In this document: positions 27,874 to 37,046 of the stretch, piece by piece | Layout: each line of letters begins with the position of its first letter | Numbering within the stretch: position 1 is the first letter of the stretch | DNA from: Minisyncoccota bacterium | GTDB lineage: Bacteria > Patescibacteriota > Minisyncoccia > UBA6257 > XYB1-36-10 | Assembly (NCBI GenBank): GCA_041651415.1 | Contig: JBAZJH010000001.1 | Coordinates: 215,713 to 279,712, forward strand | DNA length: 64,000 nt | Reading direction: 5' to 3' | Notes under the pieces: model-generated | The model's input: only the letters and a program-made list of their open reading frames with translations | Databases searched by the model: none | Told to the model about the DNA's origin: nothing | Translations under genes and position numbers: made by a program

Positions 27874-28608
27874 TCAAAGTCCGAGAGAAGAGAGAAAAGT
27901 TTTAAGCTCATCCCCTTTTAGTTCGCGGAAGGAGCCGGCGGGAATATTGCCAAGCTTGATATTCATAACCCGCACTCGCTTCAAGTCGCGAACAGTCAGA
28001 AAAAGCGCTTCGCACATTCTTCTGATTTGATGTTTTTTGCCTTCGGTTAAAACTATCCTAAAAGAACGCTCGCCCATTATTTCCACCTTGCAGTTTTTGG
28101 TTTTGAAATCATCAAGAACAATTCCTTCTTCCATTTTATTTTTAAAGCTTCCGCGAAGCTTTTCTTTCACTTCAACCACATATTCTTTTTCGTGAATGTA
28201 TTTGGGATTTAAGAGGCGGTCGGTAACGCGGCCGTCGTCGGTTAAAATAATAAGTCCGTGAGAACTTTTATCCAGACGACCAACCGGAAAAACGCCTTCA
28301 AAAGGGACAAATTTTTTAATGTCTTTTTCACCGAGTTGCGGAGAATGAGTAATCACTTCTCTCGGCTTATTAAAAGCGTAATAATGGAAAGTTTTGGGAT
28401 TTTTATTCTGTTTAACTTCCACTTTATCCCCTGCTTCCACTTTAGCGCCAAGAACGGCAAGACGGCCGTTAATAAAAACTTTTTTGTTTTTGATAAGCTC
28501 GTCTGCGCCAAGTCTCGTGGAATAGCCATGCAAGGCAAGGTATTTATTGATGCGAACAGGGAATTCTTCTTTTTCCATACGGAAGGCAGTATAACACCAA
28601 ATTGTCAA
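27874..28608 (-). CDS. pseudouridine synthase, RsuA/RluB family
   Basis: N-terminal S4 domain (RINKYLALHGYSTR…) and catalytic GRLDKSSHGLIILTDDG motif. Confidence 0.85.
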   Translation of the reverse strand: MTIWCYTAFRMEKEEFPVRINKYLALHGYSTRLGADELIKNKKVFINGRLAVLGAKVEAGDKVEVKQNKNPKTFHYYAFNKPREVITHSPQLGEKDIKKFVPFEGVFPVGRLDKSSHGLIILTDDGRVTDRLLNPKYIHEKEYVVEVKEKLRGSFKNKMEEGIVLDDFKTKNCKVEIMGERSFRIVLTEGKKHQIRRMCEALFLTVRDLKRVRVMNIKLGNIPAGSFRELKGDELKTFLSSLGL

Positions 28609-28653
28609 ATAGGAAACTTGAAAATAGAGGCGAGGTAAGATTTAATTAAAGAG

Positions 28654-29043
28654 ATGATAAAAGCAATTTTGCATTTTTTTGACAGATTAGAAGACAGGGT
28701 AAGACAAATTTTAAGCAAGTCGCCGATAATTTACGCTTTTATCGGCGGAGTGGGCATTGTGCTTTTTTGGAGAGGAGTTTGGGAATTGGCGGACGATTTC
28801 GGGCTTTCTTCTTTCGGTTCACTTTTTATAAGCGTATTAATATTGCTTCTTACGGGAACTTTCGTGTCTTTCTTTATCGGAGAAGAAATACTGATTTCCG
28901 GAGTAAAAGCGGAAAAGAGACGCGACCAAAGTATAATGGAAAAAATAGAAAAGGAACAAAAAAAATCAATCGAGCTCTTGAAGGAAGTGGACGGAATAAA
29001 AAACAGTTTGGAAGAAATAAAAAACAAGCTTGATAAAAAATAA
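28654..29043 (+). CDS. membrane protein with C-terminal coiled coil, unknown function
   Basis: Two transmembrane helices followed by a K/E-rich coiled coil. Confidence 0.4.
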   Translation: MIKAILHFFDRLEDRVRQILSKSPIIYAFIGGVGIVLFWRGVWELADDFGLSSFGSLFISVLILLLTGTFVSFFIGEEILISGVKAEKRRDQSIMEKIEKEQKKSIELLKEVDGIKNSLEEIKNKLDKK

Positions 29044-29063
29044 CTTTTTGATAAAATAAAAAT

Positions 29064-29276
29064 ATGAAAAATTTATACCGAAGCCGAGACAATAAAGTTT
29101 TTGCCGGCATATTCGGAGGTTTGGGAGAATATTACGACCTCGACCCGACACTACTTCGCTTATTGTGGCTTTTTGTTCTCGTAATTACGGCTTTTGTGCC
29201 GGGAATAATCGCTTACATTATCGCTATGTTCGTGGTACCGAAGAAACCGATAACAGAGAGAAAAAAGGCAAATTAA
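29064..29276 (+). CDS. PspC-domain membrane protein
   Basis: LYRSRDNKVFAGIFGGLGEYYDLDPTLLRLLWLF is the PspC N-terminal motif plus one transmembrane helix. Hairpin terminator follows. Confidence 0.7.
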   Translation: MKNLYRSRDNKVFAGIFGGLGEYYDLDPTLLRLLWLFVLVITAFVPGIIAYIIAMFVVPKKPITERKKAN

Positions 29277-29368
29277 AAACGGCTTTGTCATTTTGACAGG
29301 GCGCCGTTTTAACCCTTTATTGTTTATTTTCTTATCATCCTGGATAAACCCAGGATTTGTACATAGCT

Positions 29369-30046
29369 TCATCGCAAAAAAAGAGGTTCCGATTCGTGCT
29401 TTTTCTCTTTCAGATATTCCATGCCCTTACCAACATCCGTGTTAATCGGAATTTTTTTGGCACAAAGCGGACAATTTGCTTCATCCCAAGCGTCAAGTTT
29501 GATATTGACAAGCGCAAAGAGCTTTGGAGGATTTGATATATCCTCCAGCGTGATTCCTCCGCGGTTACAGAGAACGCCAAGACCGACGACATTACCATCA
29601 AGAGCGCGGGTTGCTTGAATGACTGCTCTTGCTGAACCTCCAGTAGTGAGCACGTCTTCCACCACCAAAACGTTTTTTCCGGCGACGATTTTGTCGTAGC
29701 CGCGTTTGATGATAAAGCCAGCATCTATGACTCCCTCTTTTTTTTCGGCATAAACACCAAACACTTCGCGTCCGGTAATTTCCGAAAGATGATGCGCTAT
29801 CCACTGCGAAAGGATTACGCCGCCAATTGCCGGAGCAATGACCACTTCCACACCGTCGTTTGCGAATTGCTCGGCGATTACTTGGCAGAGACGAGACGTT
29901 TCTGCGGTGTGCGGATAGAGCGCATCCTTATTAACGTAAGCCGTACCGTGTTTCCCGGAAGTATAAACGATATGGCTGTCAGTAATCACCGCGCCGACTT
30001 GACCAAGAACTTGCAAAACTTCTTGTTCATTCATAATTTCTTTCAT
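29369..30046 (-). CDS. pyrE: orotate phosphoribosyltransferase
   Basis: PRTase motif VLVVEDVLTTGGS. Start placed at MKEIMNEQ…, which has an AAGGAG Shine-Dalgarno sequence. The longer ORF to 30226 would overlap pyrF. Confidence 0.85.
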   Translation of the reverse strand: MKEIMNEQEVLQVLGQVGAVITDSHIVYTSGKHGTAYVNKDALYPHTAETSRLCQVIAEQFANDGVEVVIAPAIGGVILSQWIAHHLSEITGREVFGVYAEKKEGVIDAGFIIKRGYDKIVAGKNVLVVEDVLTTGGSARAVIQATRALDGNVVGLGVLCNRGGITLEDISNPPKLFALVNIKLDAWDEANCPLCAKKIPINTDVGKGMEYLKEKKHESEPLFLR

Positions 30047-30057
30047 CTCCTTCTTAC

Positions 30058-30768
30058 TTACAGGACTGCCGCGATTTCTTCCGCGATTTTTTTGGCCGCG
30101 TCCGCTGGCGTACCGATTTCTGCCGGCGGTTTTGTAATCGGACGACCAATAACAAGCGCCGTCGCGCCAGCCTTGATTGCTTCCGACGGAGTCATGATTC
30201 GCTTCTGGTCGCCAGCAGCCGCCCATTCAGGACGAACGCCGGGCGTTAATTTCAGCAAAGTAAAATTCTCCAGTACTCCCAGTTCCTTGGGAGAACAAAT
30301 AATGCCATCAGCGCCAGCGTTTGCCAGCATCCGGGCAAATTGTTCTACTTTTGCCGATGCCGTATCGCCGAAAATGGAAAAACATTCATCCGTGCCATCT
30401 TCCTTTATTCCAATAGAGGTCAAAACCGTGACTCCCAAAACAAGGGAATTGCCTTTATTAGCAACCGCGACTTCAATAGCCTTTTGTCCGGCCGAGGCGT
30501 GGACATTAAACATTTTTACGCCTAAACCGGCCACGGCTTTGGCAGCATTGCCGACAGTGTTGGGAATATCGCAAAATTTACCGTCGTAAAAAACCTGCCC
30601 GCCATGCTCGTGAACAAAACGCACCACATTTGGTCCGCCTTCGGCTGTGAGCAATTCAAGGCCAACTTTAAAACACCCGACAAAAGGCGCAAGTTCAGCG
30701 ATGAGTTGACCTGCCTGTTCCAATGAGGGAACATCCAGCGCTACTATAATCCTGTCTTTTACTTCCAT
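30058..30768 (-). CDS. pyrF: orotidine-5'-phosphate decarboxylase
   Basis: IIVALDVPS…, FKVGLEL…, …DGKFCDIPNTV… are typical OMP decarboxylase active-site regions. Confidence 0.85.
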   Translation of the reverse strand: MEVKDRIIVALDVPSLEQAGQLIAELAPFVGCFKVGLELLTAEGGPNVVRFVHEHGGQVFYDGKFCDIPNTVGNAAKAVAGLGVKMFNVHASAGQKAIEVAVANKGNSLVLGVTVLTSIGIKEDGTDECFSIFGDTASAKVEQFARMLANAGADGIICSPKELGVLENFTLLKLTPGVRPEWAAAGDQKRIMTPSEAIKAGATALVIGRPITKPPAEIGTPADAAKKIAEEIAAVL

Positions 30769-30914
30769 GACTACACCTCCTGCAACGTTTTAGTTTTTGA
30801 AGTACAAATAAGTCAAACATTGGTTTAACTTTCTTCTAAAGCATATTACTTAAAAATAATGGAAAAGTCAATGATTAAAAATGAAAACAAAAACTGGTAA
30901 GTTTTCATAATTAG

Positions 30915-30988
30915 TGGACGATACTGGACTTGAACCAGTGACCTCTGCAATGTGAATGCAGCGCTCTAACCAGCTGAGCTAATCGTCC
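30915..30988 (-). tRNA. tRNA-Val (anticodon CAC)
   Basis: Reverse complement GGACGATTAGCTCAGCTGGTTAGAGCGCTGCATTCACATTGCAGAGGTCACTGGTTCAAGTCCAGTATCGTCCA folds as a canonical cloverleaf. Discriminator A. CCA not encoded. Confidence 0.85.
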
Positions 30989-31038
30989 TTTTATTTATAA
31001 AGAATAGATAATAATAAGAGCCAAATCAAGAATTTTAG

Positions 31039-31147
31039 AAACGAAATTCAAGATTGAGTTTCACCCCGCCTACGACGGGGTTTTATTAAATCTTAGCCGT
31101 AAAAACCTCGCGCTAACGCGCAATGTTTCTACGGAGATTTAATAAAA
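31039..31147. repeat. intergenic mosaic palindromic repeat (modules B+C), nearly identical to the copy at 32572-32688
   Basis: …GATTGAGTTTCACCCCGCCTACGACGGGGTTTTATTAAATCTTAGCCGTAAAAACCTCGCGCTAACGCGCAATGTTTCTACGGAGATTTAATAAA. Confidence 0.7.
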
Positions 31148-31267
31148 AAAGAAGGGGTTATTGGAGGGAGAAAGAAACAATCCACCGTTGGAAGAATTTC
31201 TCCGGAGAAAAAGACCAATAACCAGCCTTCTTGTGTAAAAAAGATAGCAGAAGAAAAAAGAAAAAGC

Positions 31268-31300
31268 AAGATAAAAAACACTCCGCTTGAAAGCGGAGTG
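31268..31300. terminator. bidirectional hairpin terminator downstream of rplL
   Basis: AAAACACTCCGCTTGAAAGCGGAGTGTTTTTT: GC-rich stem flanked by an A-run and a T-run. Confidence 0.5.
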
Positions 31301-31308
31301 TTTTTTAT

Positions 31309-31405
31309 AATGAAGTTCTTCGACAAGCTCAGAAACTAAAACTTGCTTTTTAAAACTTATGAAGTTCTTCGACAGGTTTAGAAACTGAAACTTATTTTTT
31401 TTAGA
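31309..31405. repeat. tandem ~49-nt direct repeat (2 copies) immediately 3' of rplL
   Basis: ATGAAGTTCTTCGACAAGCTCAGAAACTAAAACTTGC… followed by ATGAAGTTCTTCGACAGGTTTAGAAACTGAAACTTA…. A related CTTCGACAAGCTCAGG segment recurs at 32540. Confidence 0.5.
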
Positions 31406-31420
31406 ACCAGTGAAAAAAAT

Positions 31421-31789
31421 CTATTTCATTTCGGCGGTAGCGCCGGCTTCTTGAAGTTTCTTTACCAGAGCTTCAGCTTCGTCTTTTTTCAAACCTTCCT
31501 TAACCACTTTTGGAGCTCCATCCACCAAGTCCTTTGCTTCTTTCAAACCAAGACCGGTAACTTCGCGAACAACTTTAATAACATTTATTTTCTGTTCTCC
31601 GGCAGATTTCAATTCCACATTGAAAGAATCTTTTTCTTCCACGGCTTCTCCGGAAGCGGCCGGGCCGGAAACAGCCATAGCGGAAGCGGAAACGCCAAAC
31701 TTTTCCTCAAGAGTTTTGACAAGTTCAGCCAGTTCCAAAACGGAAAGTTTTTCTATTTTCTCAATAATCTCATTGAATTTATCACTCAT
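31421..31789 (-). CDS. rplL: 50S ribosomal protein L7/L12
   Basis: N-terminal dimerisation helix, Ala/Glu hinge, C-terminal …[22 protein letters not shown]…. Confidence 0.9.
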   Translation of the reverse strand: MSDKFNEIIEKIEKLSVLELAELVKTLEEKFGVSASAMAVSGPAASGEAVEEKDSFNVELKSAGEQKINVIKVVREVTGLGLKEAKDLVDGAPKVVKEGLKKDEAEALVKKLQEAGATAEMK

Positions 31790-31814
31790 TTTTTTATTGG
31801 TTTAATTTTAATTT

Positions 31815-32303
31815 TTAAGCTTTTTTCGCTTGTTCGTTTAAAACAAACATAAACATTTTAAGAGGCGCGGCAATCATGCCAACCAAACGACCGAGAAGAA
31901 TTTCGCGGCTCGGAAGCGAACTGATTTCCTTAATGAAATCAGCGGAAAGAACTTCTTTCTTTTCAAAATCGAAACCGCTAAGAACTTTAAAATTTTCACT
32001 CGCTTTCATCGATTTAAAAATCGAGGAAGCGATATCGATCAATTCTTTATCGGAATAAATAACTCCGATTTGAGCCTCAAAATCTTCAGGGTTTATTTTT
32101 ATCCCCTTTTTTTCAAAAGCAATTCTTAAAAGACGCTTTTTGATAACTTTGTATTCGGATTCCAAACTTTTAAGATTCTTTTTCAAGCCGACGATATCTT
32201 TAGTCGGAACGCCGGTGAAATCCGCTAAAAGAACAGTTTTGCTTGAATCAAGCTTTTTCAAGCTTCCATCAAGTTCCGCTTTCTTTTGATTTTTTGATTT
32301 CAT
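31815..32303 (-). CDS. rplJ: 50S ribosomal protein L10
   Basis: …LKKLDSSKTVLLADFTGVPTKDIVGLKKNLKS… is the L10 fold. Start placed at MKSKNQ…. The track ORF extends to 32354. Confidence 0.8.
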   Translation of the reverse strand: MKSKNQKKAELDGSLKKLDSSKTVLLADFTGVPTKDIVGLKKNLKSLESEYKVIKKRLLRIAFEKKGIKINPEDFEAQIGVIYSDKELIDIASSIFKSMKASENFKVLSGFDFEKKEVLSADFIKEISSLPSREILLGRLVGMIAAPLKMFMFVLNEQAKKA

Positions 32304-32571
32304 TTTTTTGAAATAAAAACGACCTTTAAATAATAAGGTCGCAGACATAAACAAACATTGTTCTCGGCAGGAGATTAAGCTAAAGCAATTCCGACCTAAG
32401 TCGGAACACTCAATTTTTTAGATAAATTTTGAAAAAATTTATAAAAAATTGGTGGCACCTGCGGTCTGCGAACATTTGTATTGTATTTTAAAAGGAAAGA
32501 AAAGTCAAACAAGGAAGCCTCATGCCTATCGTCAGGCAGGCTTCGACAAGCTCAGGGAATAAGAGAAAAGC

Positions 32572-32688
32572 GGAGATTTAAACGAAACTCAATTTTGAGT
32601 TTCACCCCGCCTACGACGGGGTTTTATTAAATCTTAGCCGTAAAAACCTTGCGCTAACGCGCAATGTTTCTACGGAGATTTAATAAAA
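32572..32688. repeat. intergenic mosaic palindromic repeat (modules B+C), near-identical direct copy of 31039-31147
   Basis: GGAGATTTAAACGAAACTCAATTTTGAGTTTCACCCCGCCTACGACGGGGTTTTATTAAATCTTAGCCGTAAAAACCTTGCGCTAACGCGCAATGTTTCTACGGAGATTTAATAAA. Confidence 0.7.
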
Positions 32689-32705
32689 AAAGCCCGTTTT
32701 AGCTT

Positions 32706-33188
32706 TTAAGCATAAACGGGTTCGATATATCCGCTGAATTCCGGCAATACCTTTTCTACGACAGAGGCATGCCATTTCAAAATTTCATTTTCTTCTCTCA
32801 TTTTTCTCCAATCTTCAGGAGAGACAATTTTTATATCTCCAATTTCATTGTCTATTTTTAAAATAGGCAAAAATGGAAGATTGATAAGGAAAATGGAGTG
32901 GCGAAAACCATGTCTTATAATAACGTCTTCGAGAGACATTTGATCTCTCATATAAATAAGATTAATTCCTGTTTCTTCTAATACCTCCCGAAGAGCAGTT
33001 TCCCTTTCCTCTTTTTCCCAAGATTTAGATTTCCCGCCAGGAAGCTTAAAAAAAGTTTTTGTGACTTTTTGAAAGCCTTGATGAGAATAAGAAAAATTCT
33101 TTTCTTTTTCCTTAACTAAAATAACTCCTTCCGTCGTATAAATGATAACTCCGGCAGAAGGACGAAAATTTTCGTTAAAATAAATCAT
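32706..33188 (-). CDS. NUDIX hydrolase
   Basis: Nudix box GGKSKSWEKEERETALREVLEETGI (Gx5Ex7REUxEExGU). Confidence 0.8.
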   Translation of the reverse strand: MIYFNENFRPSAGVIIYTTEGVILVKEKEKNFSYSHQGFQKVTKTFFKLPGGKSKSWEKEERETALREVLEETGINLIYMRDQMSLEDVIIRHGFRHSIFLINLPFLPILKIDNEIGDIKIVSPEDWRKMREENEILKWHASVVEKVLPEFSGYIEPVYA

Positions 33189-33274
33189 AGACCTTCTCCC
33201 TTCTTATTTAGTTTTCAATGTAGTTTTTTGATTATATACTAAAGAAGAAAGAATGTCAAATAGATGTGGAAAAG

Positions 33275-34030
33275 TCAGGCAGTTAAAATGAGCGGGCCGT
33301 TATCCGTGATAGCAATAGTATCTTCAAAGTGAGCCGCCAGCGAGCCGTCGGAAGTTTGATAGCTGTCGTCGTCAAGCTGAAAAATGTTTTCCGAGCCCAA
33401 AGAAAACATCGGCTCAATAGCGATAGTGAGCCCGGAAAAAAGTTTCATCCCCTGTCCAGGATTGCCGTAGTTATAAACAGTCGGCTCTTCATGGAGGCGT
33501 TTTCCAACGCCATGACCGGTCAACATTTTCACGACAAAAACTTTATTTTTTTCGGCAACTTGTTCAACAGCATAACCGATGTCGCCGATTGTTTTTCCGG
33601 GAAAAGCGGATTTAAGAGCCGAAGCAAGAGCTTCTCTCGTGGCTTTTAAAAGATGCGCGGCTTCGGAAGAAATTTTTCCAACCGGAAAAGTGCGGGCGGC
33701 GTCGGTAATAAATCCCTTAAACTTGACGCCTAAATCAATAGAAATAATATCGCCTTCTTTCAAAGCATAATCATTCGGAGCGCCGTGAACGACAATTTCA
33801 TTCACCGAAGAACACAGGGAAGCAGGATAAGGAGTTTTGGCTCCGGCCGGACGATAGTTTAAAAAAGCCGGTTCAGCGCCGGATTTTTTAATAAAATCAA
33901 AAGCCAGTTTATCCAAGTTTTTTAAAACAGCTCCCGGTTTTATTTCTTCAGAAACAGCTAAAAGAGCGCCAGCAAGAATCTTGCCGCCTTCTTTCATTAG
34001 CTTTATTTTTTCCGCGTCTTTTTCCGTCAT
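33275..34030 (-). CDS. map: methionine aminopeptidase type I
   Basis: Pita-bread fold with metal ligands in …DIISIDLGVKFKGFITDAARTF… and …GHGVGKRLHEEP…. Confidence 0.9.
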   Translation of the reverse strand: MTEKDAEKIKLMKEGGKILAGALLAVSEEIKPGAVLKNLDKLAFDFIKKSGAEPAFLNYRPAGAKTPYPASLCSSVNEIVVHGAPNDYALKEGDIISIDLGVKFKGFITDAARTFPVGKISSEAAHLLKATREALASALKSAFPGKTIGDIGYAVEQVAEKNKVFVVKMLTGHGVGKRLHEEPTVYNYGNPGQGMKLFSGLTIAIEPMFSLGSENIFQLDDDSYQTSDGSLAAHFEDTIAITDNGPLILTA

Positions 34031-34707
34031 TTAATACGCTTCAAAATACTCTCGTGAACTTTATAAGGCAAGGGACGGCCGTCTATTTTAAAAATTTTAT
34101 AGCCGTTTTTCTTTAAAGTGTTTTCTATCGGTTTGGTGCGATTCATATATTCAACCAAGCGCTTTTTTATAACTTCCGGAGCGTCCAATGTCCGCTTTTT
34201 TAAAGGACTGCCGGTAAAAGGACAGGAAGTGAGTTTTACTTTTGTGCCCATAATCGGCAGTCCAGTTAAAGGGCTTAAGAGACGCGAGCTATTCCGCTTC
34301 AGCGAATCGGAAGCTTTAACATCAAGAGAAAAAACAAAAATGTTTTTCTGATTAAAAGTTTTTTCCAAGAAAGGAATGAGGCCTTCCACGCCATCTCCGC
34401 CGTAAGTTTCAAAAAGCGTGCGAGGAGAACCGCTATAAACAATGCTGAAACCGGCTTTAAAAATCTGTTCGGTGCGTTTTTTAACGATAGAGAGAGCCCA
34501 AGCCGGGTCGACTAAAAATCCGGTATCGAAAAGCTTTTTTTGTTCCTGAATTTTTTTATCTTTTTTATTATCCGGGTCGTTAAAAACATTTTCCAGATAA
34601 GCGCCCGTATCAAAATGAATGAGGCCAAGGCGGCTTGCTAAGAGACTAGCTTGCGTGCCTTTGCCGGAACCGGGCGGCCCGTAAATAATAACGGCTATTT
34701 GTTTCAT
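34027..34707 (-). CDS. adk: adenylate kinase
   Basis: P-loop GPPGSGKGTQ and the LID region. Start at MKQIAVIIYGPPG…. The longer track ORF runs to 34731. Confidence 0.85.
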   Translation of the reverse strand: MKQIAVIIYGPPGSGKGTQASLLASRLGLIHFDTGAYLENVFNDPDNKKDKKIQEQKKLFDTGFLVDPAWALSIVKKRTEQIFKAGFSIVYSGSPRTLFETYGGDGVEGLIPFLEKTFNQKNIFVFSLDVKASDSLKRNSSRLLSPLTGLPIMGTKVKLTSCPFTGSPLKKRTLDAPEVIKKRLVEYMNRTKPIENTLKKNGYKIFKIDGRPLPYKVHESILKRIK

Positions 34708-34906
34708 AAAGGTATTATAGCAAAAAAACAAAAAACGGAAAAAGTTGACAGTTCAAAATAAAGTGTGGTATATAAGAGACAGATTTTTAACATATTCGAA
34801 ATCCGCTTACACCGAATCCGCCTATCCGCTTTGCGGCGAGGCAAACCGGATTCCTCCGACCTTGTGTCGGAGGAATGACAAAGACAAAGCAAGAAGGAGA
34901 AAGAAA

Positions 34907-35089
34907 ATGGGTTTTAAAACGATTTATTTTGCAGGAATTAACGCGAGGAGTGTCCATAACGCGCTAGAAGAGTGGCTAGGGAAGGAGGGAGAATCCATAG
35001 ATATTACCTCTCATTCTCTTTCTGTGAAATTTAACACTTTAACCGGCTGGACGGAATTTTTTATTTCCGTCATTTATAAAGAGCTATAA
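34907..35089 (+). CDS. small ORF (60 aa) inside an insertion between adk and secY
   Basis: Strong Shine-Dalgarno AAGGAGAAAGAAAATG. Hairpin+T8 terminator at 35124-35150. Opposite strand to the flanking spc-operon genes. No recognisable domain. Confidence 0.4.
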   Translation: MGFKTIYFAGINARSVHNALEEWLGKEGESIDITSHSLSVKFNTLTGWTEFFISVIYKEL

Positions 35090-35147
35090 AGAAAAGGAAT
35101 AAAATCTTTTTCAGAAGAAACCAAAACGGAGCTTTTGCTCCGTTTTT

Positions 35148-35274
35148 TTTATTAAATCTTCGCGAAAACCCCGCGCGTTAGCTAGGGAGTTGAAGCGGTA
35201 AAGATTTAATAAACCCCGCCTTTCTGCGGGGTGAAACTCAGGGTACCACGGCCGTAAGGCCGTGGAGTTTCATT
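35148..35274. repeat. intergenic mosaic palindromic repeat (modules C-B-A, inverted orientation)
   Basis: …ATTAAATCTTCGCGAAAACCCCGCGCGTTAGC…GAAGCGGTAAAGATTTAATAAACCCCGCCTTTCTGCGGGGTGAAACTCAGGGTACCACGGCCGTAAGGCCGTGGAGTTTCA. Confidence 0.7.
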
Positions 35275-35323
35275 TGTAATAATGTGCCTCCGACCAGAGT
35301 CGGAGGAATAAAAGCTAAAGCTT

Positions 35324-36586
35324 TTATTCATACTGGCGGATGGCAAGCTGGGATTCAACTTGGCGCATTATTTCAAGAGCCACAGAAACAACGATTAAGA
35401 GAGACGTGCCGCCTAAGCGGAACATTGCGATGCCTGTTAAACCTTGAATGATATTCGGAAGAACGGCGATAAGCCCCAAAAAGAGAGCGCCGAAAAGAGT
35501 GGTGCGTCCGGTGATTTTGGCAAGATAAGAACTGGTTTGTTCTCCCGGGCGAAGGCCGGGAATAAATCCACCGCTCTTTTGAAGATTTTTGGAAATTTCC
35601 GCCGGGTCGAAAGTAACGGCCGTGTAGAAATAAGTGAAAAGAACAACCATTACAAAATAAGAGATGCCGTAGATCCAGCCATTATTAAAAAGATAAAGAA
35701 CCCACTCGTTCATTTTTATGGAAAGGTCTGGAGAAAAAAGAGAAAAAGCCTGGGCGATAAACTGCGGAAAAAGCAAAACAGAAACGGCGAAAATAATCGG
35801 AATAACTCCGGCTTGATTTACTTTTAAAGGAAGATAACTCGAAACACCGCCATAAAGCTTGTTGCCGCGGACACGGCGGGCATAAGAAATGGGAACTTTT
35901 CTCTCGCCTTCATTAATAAAAACAACGCCAGCGATAACCACAACGCTGATTGCGGCAAAGAGAAGATAGCTTTGAAGCATAGAAGCGTCAAAAGAAAAAG
36001 CGGCTAGACGAAGATTAGCGGGAAGGCCGGCAATAATACCGGAAAAAATAAGAAGAGAAATACCGTTACCAAGGTGGTATTCGCTGATAAGTTCGCCGAG
36101 CCACATCAAAATAACCGAGCCGGCAGTGATAATTATCATATCGGCAAAAAGATTCCAGCCGCTTAAATTGGTGAAAACACCGCGAGAATTCAAGAAGTTT
36201 AAAAAACCGTAAGATTGAACAAGAGCAAGAGGAATGGTGATAAGACGGGAAACACGATTGAATTTTGCCCGTCCCATTTCCCCTTCTTCATAATACATCT
36301 TTTTAAGATTAGGAAAAACGATGGTTAAAAGCTGCATAATAATAGTGGCCGTAATATAAGGGCCGACACCAAGCATGGCGATGGAAAGATTAGACAGCCC
36401 GCCGCCGGAAAAAATATCAAGAAAACCAAGAAGCTGGTTGGAAGAAAAGAGATTTTTTAAGCGTTCAAAATCAACATTCGGAACCGGAATGGAAGCAAGA
36501 AGACGAGAGACAGCCAAGAGTCCGATAATCGAGAAAACTTTGTATCGCAGGTCTTTTATTTTAAAAACGTTCAGAGGGTTGATCAT
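35324..36586 (-). CDS. secY: preprotein translocase subunit SecY
   Basis: 10-TM SecY topology. 420 aa. Sits between rplO and adk. Confidence 0.9.
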   Translation of the reverse strand: MINPLNVFKIKDLRYKVFSIIGLLAVSRLLASIPVPNVDFERLKNLFSSNQLLGFLDIFSGGGLSNLSIAMLGVGPYITATIIMQLLTIVFPNLKKMYYEEGEMGRAKFNRVSRLITIPLALVQSYGFLNFLNSRGVFTNLSGWNLFADMIIITAGSVILMWLGELISEYHLGNGISLLIFSGIIAGLPANLRLAAFSFDASMLQSYLLFAAISVVVIAGVVFINEGERKVPISYARRVRGNKLYGGVSSYLPLKVNQAGVIPIIFAVSVLLFPQFIAQAFSLFSPDLSIKMNEWVLYLFNNGWIYGISYFVMVVLFTYFYTAVTFDPAEISKNLQKSGGFIPGLRPGEQTSSYLAKITGRTTLFGALFLGLIAVLPNIIQGLTGIAMFRLGGTSLLIVVSVALEIMRQVESQLAIRQYE

Positions 36587-36614
36587 GAGAAAATGTCTAA
36601 TTAAGAATTTCTAT

Positions 36615-37046
36615 TTATTTTTTTTCAGAAGTTATTATTTTACCTCCCGCTTTTTCTATTTTAACCCGAGCGGATTTGGAAACAAAGATGTCTTTGATTT
36701 CAACTTTTGATTTTATTTCACCATTGCCAAGTATTTTAATATCGCCGCGGAAGCCTTTATTCAAAAACTTTGCCTTTCTGAAAAATTCCGGATTTATTTT
36801 AGCTTCTTTGAGCTTGTCCAAATCTCCGACATTTAAAACCAAACGTTCACGAGAAACATTTCTGTTTTTATAACCGCGGAATTTCGGCAGGCGTTGAATA
36901 AGTTCGCGTTCAGCCGGAATAATGCGATGACCGGCTCTCGCTTTCTGTCCTTTTTGGCCGCGTCCGGAATAAGTGCCGCGTTTGCCGCCGCGTCCAAGAC
37001 GTTTTTTGCCTGTTTTCTTTTTCACTTGTATTTCGTTGATAAGCAT
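36615..37046 (-). CDS. rplO: 50S ribosomal protein L15
   Basis: …GKKRLGRGGKRGTYSGRGQKGQKARAG… is the L15 signature. Confidence 0.9.
   Translation of the reverse strand: MLINEIQVKKKTGKKRLGRGGKRGTYSGRGQKGQKARAGHRIIPAERELIQRLPKFRGYKNRNVSRERLVLNVGDLDKLKEAKINPEFFRKAKFLNKGFRGDIKILGNGEIKSKVEIKDIFVSKSARVKIEKAGGKIITSEKK

Noticed and set aside
29789-30589. 266-aa plus-strand ORF spanning pyrE and pyrF
   Set aside because: It is antisense to two well-supported genes with clear catalytic motifs. It has Ala/Ser-rich shadow composition.
32304-32354. N-terminal extension of rplJ (MFMSATLLFKGRFYFKK…) and of adk, pyrE and rplE in the ORF track
   Set aside because: The extensions overlap upstream genes or lack a ribosome-binding site. 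Internal Met codons with Shine-Dalgarno sequences give canonical protein N-termini.
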